A stretch of DNA of 63,949 bases, the filler included, from Folioceros fuciformis (taxonomy: Eukaryota): the NCBI GenBank assembly GCA_049999805.1. It is 6 parts of 6 records of this genome, joined end to end, with 100 filler letters (N's around TTAATTAATTAA, not from the genome) between each part and the next. Parts side by side here need not be neighbours in the genome. Positions count along the whole stretch, not along the records: positions 59,945 to 63,949 come from JBNGIO010005462.1; 5 more parts are not named here. One strand, written 5' to 3'. This document shows, piece by piece, positions 59,945-63,949 of this stretch. The notes under the pieces were generated by a model. The model made no database searches. It saw only the letters and a list, made by a program, of their open reading frames with translations, and was not told where the DNA came from. Position numbers and translations under genes: made by a program. Numbering within the stretch: the stretch's first letter is position 1; each line of letters opens with the position of its first letter.

Positions 59945-62900
59945 CCGTTGTGGAAGGGAAACCGGGAGTAGCCCAATCGGCCGTAGTGGAATGGGAACAG
60001 CAGCATAAAACCCTAGGGTGAATTGGGGAAGACCTGGGCAGTAATCGAGGCAGAAACTTTCGCGAGTTGGAGTAGGAGCGGAAGTAGCGGCGAAGCGCGA
60101 CGACGGCCGGAGGGGAGCGGAAGCTTAGGCAGTACAGCACAATGGGTGGAGAGCGCCGGCAACCACAGGCACAGGAGGGCAGCAGGGTTCGGATTACAGG
60201 GAAGAATCAGGCAGGATGAGGTCACGGTCAGAGTTGCTACCAGGAGTAAAGGTACTTGAGCAAGAGGGAGACTCCCCTGTACCGAGAATTGACGTGCTCT
60301 TGTGGCCCAACATGGAGCACTGGAGGGTCAGAGCCGAGGACTGGTCGAAGAACTAGGCCTCGAGTTCATGACCCAGAGGTGGAATCATACGGCGCTGTAG
60401 CTGGTTAGGGAGTGCGCCCTGAAAATGAGAGAACCTGTCCGAGAAGAGGGAATTCGCGGGAGACCCTAGGCATGGAACGTGGAGCTGGTAAGGCGAGTGT
60501 ATGGCCGCGACCAGCAAGAGGAGGGAGGACTGGTGCTGGAGTCCCTGAAGAAACGAGGTGGCACGGCGGAGGCCGAAGGGCTACTCAAACCAGGCACCAA
60601 GAAGGAAGCCAACGGGTGGCTGGTCCGCGACATGGCCAACCCTTAGCTTATGGGTCTGGCCAAGTGGTTCCTATGTTTCCTGCAAGTTTGCAAGAAGGAT
60701 TATCTGTCCGACCAGATGCTCCTGTTTGTGCACGAGGTGGTCAAGGGGAGTAAGGTGGACTGGGGGAATCCTGTATGCCAGGATGGACGAGGAAAGGCAG
60801 AATCTAACCCTGTCCTCTCCCCGACCTTCAATGATTTCTCCCTTTCTAATTCATATCTACTGCTATGCTAATCTCGTGTCTGAGCTGGAAGTGCTCGCCT
60901 CACTGCACATGTGGAGACCGCCGAGCCAGCGAGAGCCGATTCTAGCAGCTAGGAGTTAGGCGATGCGGATAGCTCGAAGGAGAGGACCCCCGCCAGGCAG
61001 AAGAGAAAGGCAGGGTCAGGGAAAAAGGCTCCCACCAAGAGGAGACGGCCTAGTGGTTAGATTGTCAGAAAAGGAAGCGGGTCGGCGTCACAGGAAGTAG
61101 ACCCAGAACGGGCTGAGGGGGAGCAGGGAGCTGTTCAAGAACCAACAGACCAAGGGTCGGCACAGCAAGAACCAAACGAAGAGGAACTGGAAGCACCCCA
61201 GGAGCAAATGCCAGCGATGGAAGTGGCCTCTCCAGAGGAAAGGGGTGAATTAGGGCACGCTCCGGAGCAAGAAGCATTTCCAGAATGGGAGGATGTTTTA
61301 AGGAAAATTCCTCAGGTGGATAGATTACAGGCAGGGGAGCTGGAAAAGATACGAGCGCTGCTGGGGNNNNNNNNNNNNNNNNNNNNNNNNNNNNNNNNNN
61401 NNNNNNNNNNNNNNNNNNNNNNNNNNNNNNNNNNNNNNNNNNNNNNNNNNNNNNNNNNNNNNNNNNAGGGCAAGGCACAAGCAGAAGAAGGGGCGCGCCA
61501 GGCCAAGGCAGAAATCCAGGCACTGATGGAACAACAGGAGTCGCTCCTAGCCCATGAGACTAATTTGGAAATACAGTAGGAGGTGGCCAAGGCTCAGGAG
61601 TAGGAGATGGCTGCGATGGAACAAGCCCAGAAGCTGGCGGACAGGTATAAACGAGAGCGAGACGAGGCTAGAGAGCGAGTAAAAGGGAAGGGCAAGGCTG
61701 GGCGCAGTGGTCGGACGACGAAGCCGGTAGCCGAAAGGGCTAGCTGTAGTCCAGTTCCAGAATCGGTAGCCGGAGGGGCTACTGGTAGTCGTGAACCAGT
61801 AGCCGGAGGGGCTACCAGTAGTCGGAGGGGCTATTGGTAGTCAAATGGCCACACTGGTAGCCAGGGGGGACTACTGGCAATCTCGCGACGCCCGAGGTAG
61901 TTGAAGGGGCTACCGATGGAGGAGGTACGACGCTGGTACCTGAAGCCACGACCCCGGTAGCCGAAGCAGTAAGGGCAGAGGCGCCTGTGCCCAAGCGTTG
62001 CAGAAGGGTGACTCGCACTAGGCGAAATGAGCTGGGAGAAGTAGTAGCAGCTGGGGGAACGGAGGACTCTCAGGTACCCCAGGAGAGCAGGGGTCAGGCA
62101 CCCCGAGGTAGCCCAAGGGAGGAAGGGGTAAGCACCTCCCTTATGAGAGAGGGTCACGTTATGCTGTAGTATGAGGAGGAGGCTTCTTATGTGCCAGGCC
62201 TCTATGTAGAGGGAGCCCGAGTTTTGAAGCTGTTTTTGTATGTACGTATGGGCATAGGAGGGACGCGGGGCTACGGCCTACAATTGAAGACCCGCAGGGG
62301 CATGTACTACTACCGTTGGCGGGTATGGGGGCTGCCTCATTGCTATTCTGAGGCAATCTTGGAGGAACTGACGGAGGAGGAGGCGCAGCGGTGGGTTGAA
62401 CGGGAGCCTGTCCTCATCCTCAGTAATCGGCAACGGAGGGAGGAGAGGAATTTCCTTCAACGGGACCCACCTGTACCGCCGCCAGGGAGGGCCAGCAACA
62501 GCAGCAGTGAGGTGGAGGTCCTGTGGGAGGACTTGCCTGACTAGCAGCGGGGCAGGAGGGCCAGAGGCGAACCAGTAGGGGGAGGAGCACGACGGCCAGG
62601 AGAAAGGCGCCAGCGGTAAAGAGGGAGGTGATAGTAATTACAATCTACACTAGTTTTTTTTAGATTGTTTTTGCTTGGACCTAAGCTGCTCAGAATTTAA
62701 GAGCGCTGACTGACCCTTGACAGACTTTATGGCGGAAAGACTGCCACTACCGTGTACAAGAGGCTAGTTTGAGGCCTCGGAAAAATCAGCAAGAAACCAG
62801 CCAGACATTCCGACCTTGTGGAAGCCTAGCGATGGCCGTTGCTAGACAAGAGGTCGAGGCAAGCAAGCGCACGTAGTGTTCTGAAGGTGTGGGTGCAGGT

Positions 62901-63551
62901 GGTGGATGCTCCATAATCGGAAACCGGGAACGAATTGGGAGGAGAGACCTCACCAAGTGGGAGACGAACTCCCCAAGTATTCCTATGACGGTTGCGTGGA
63001 GTGGTAAAGGTGCTGGAGGCCAAATCCGCGAGTCCAGAGTGGAAGTGGATACCCCTTCCCTTAGCCTTCGGTAACCCACCATTCCTTCAAGCTTCGGAGG
63101 GAAGAGAAGGCCCAGAAGGGGCGCGTTGTGAGTCGAGAGTGGAGCTGAGGAACCGTAAAATCAGAGCGACGAGGGTGAACGCCGCGGCCATGTAGTTGCG
63201 ACTGATGAGCGAATAAATAGAGCGAGAGTGTGACGAGAACTAGATGTGTCTATGTGCTGTGACGGGATGCAGTGAGGTGAAGAGAAGTTTATGGGTGTGT
63301 ATGTGACTAAAGAGCAAGGATGCGCTAGCGGACATGAGGGGTCTGGCCTAGGGTTGTGAGTAGAATGCAGCAGTGGTAGGTATGTGAAAGTTCGTGTGTG
63401 TGTGTGAACTGGGCGCCTTTGATCCCTGAGAGGTGCAGTGAGTGGACGTGAGGGGATGGAGGGGTGTGTGCCGTAAGGAAAGGGTGATCACCAGTAAGAG
63501 AGAGAGAGCCGCGACGAATCTCGACCATCAAGAGGAATAAGCCGAAAAAGT
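59945..63551 (+). mobile_element. TE accessory-ORF module copy 2 (degenerate long ORF 60216 to ~62634, plus convergent small ORF 63082-62786)
   Basis: Homologous to 37544-41135; several stops are TAG where copy 1 has CAG. Confidence 0.85.
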
Positions 63552-63949
63552 TGTTAAGGTGGAATTGTTTTAACCTAACTCGGTAGGTTAGTCTAATTTT
63601 TATTTAGGGTTAGACTTAACCTAGTATATAAACACATACACAAATGTTTTATTTTATTCAATATACAACTTTTGATATAAGCGTCCGTTATTACAAACAT
63701 GGTATCAGAGCTCATGGTTTTGTTTTGTGTGAAGATGCTTTGATCATATTGCTATTGGCATGAGTCTCATCTGGCATGTTGCTGGTGAGACTTTATGTTT
63801 AGTCCTTGATCAAAGAGTGTGGTGTTTTATTTTAGATGTCCTAATTAAGGATGAATTGTAAAACACCTACATGAGAATTTATAAGGGCAAAGGGTAGAGG
63901 TCGTCGGTCTTCAGAGTTTTTCTTCCAGCCTTCTTCTAATCTGAGATCA
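63552..63949 (+). mobile_element. LTR retrotransposon (probably Copia) 5' end: 148-bp LTR (63552-63699) and PBS tRNA-iMet (63700-63711)
   Basis: TGTTAAG...TATATAA...AAACA-TGGTATCAGAGC. Confidence 0.85.

Overview
Eukaryotic land-plant genomic DNA. Short GT-AG introns, TAXIMIN, APx-R and DUF674 genes and the TE content fit a non-seed plant, most likely a bryophyte (inference). The window is six contigs joined by artificial N44-TTAATTAATTAA-N44 linkers (motif starts at 29736, 36036, 47682, 54864, 59889), so adjacency across these points is not established. Contig 1 (1-29691) starts with a degenerate TE stretch, followed by a compact GC-rich gene island: Deg/HtrA protease, tandem DUF674 pair (one intact, one pseudogene), decayed phytocyanin, full ABCB transporter, APX6/APx-R, an orphan ORF, a METTL7-like methyltransferase head-to-head with an intronless Maf gene, TAXIMIN and an F-box gene. 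Contigs 2, 3, 5 and 6 are nested LTR retrotransposons: several Ty1/Copia elements carrying extra 5' or antisense ORFs, a solo LTR with TSD, and two copies of a TE-borne ~800-codon accessory ORF with an unrecognised C-terminal domain. Contig 4 (47738-54819) is AT-rich and holds a divergent VTI1-type SNARE next to an essentially intronless ALA3-like P4-ATPase whose DGET motif is altered. Exon boundaries were read by eye and family calls come from motif recognition; no database search was run.
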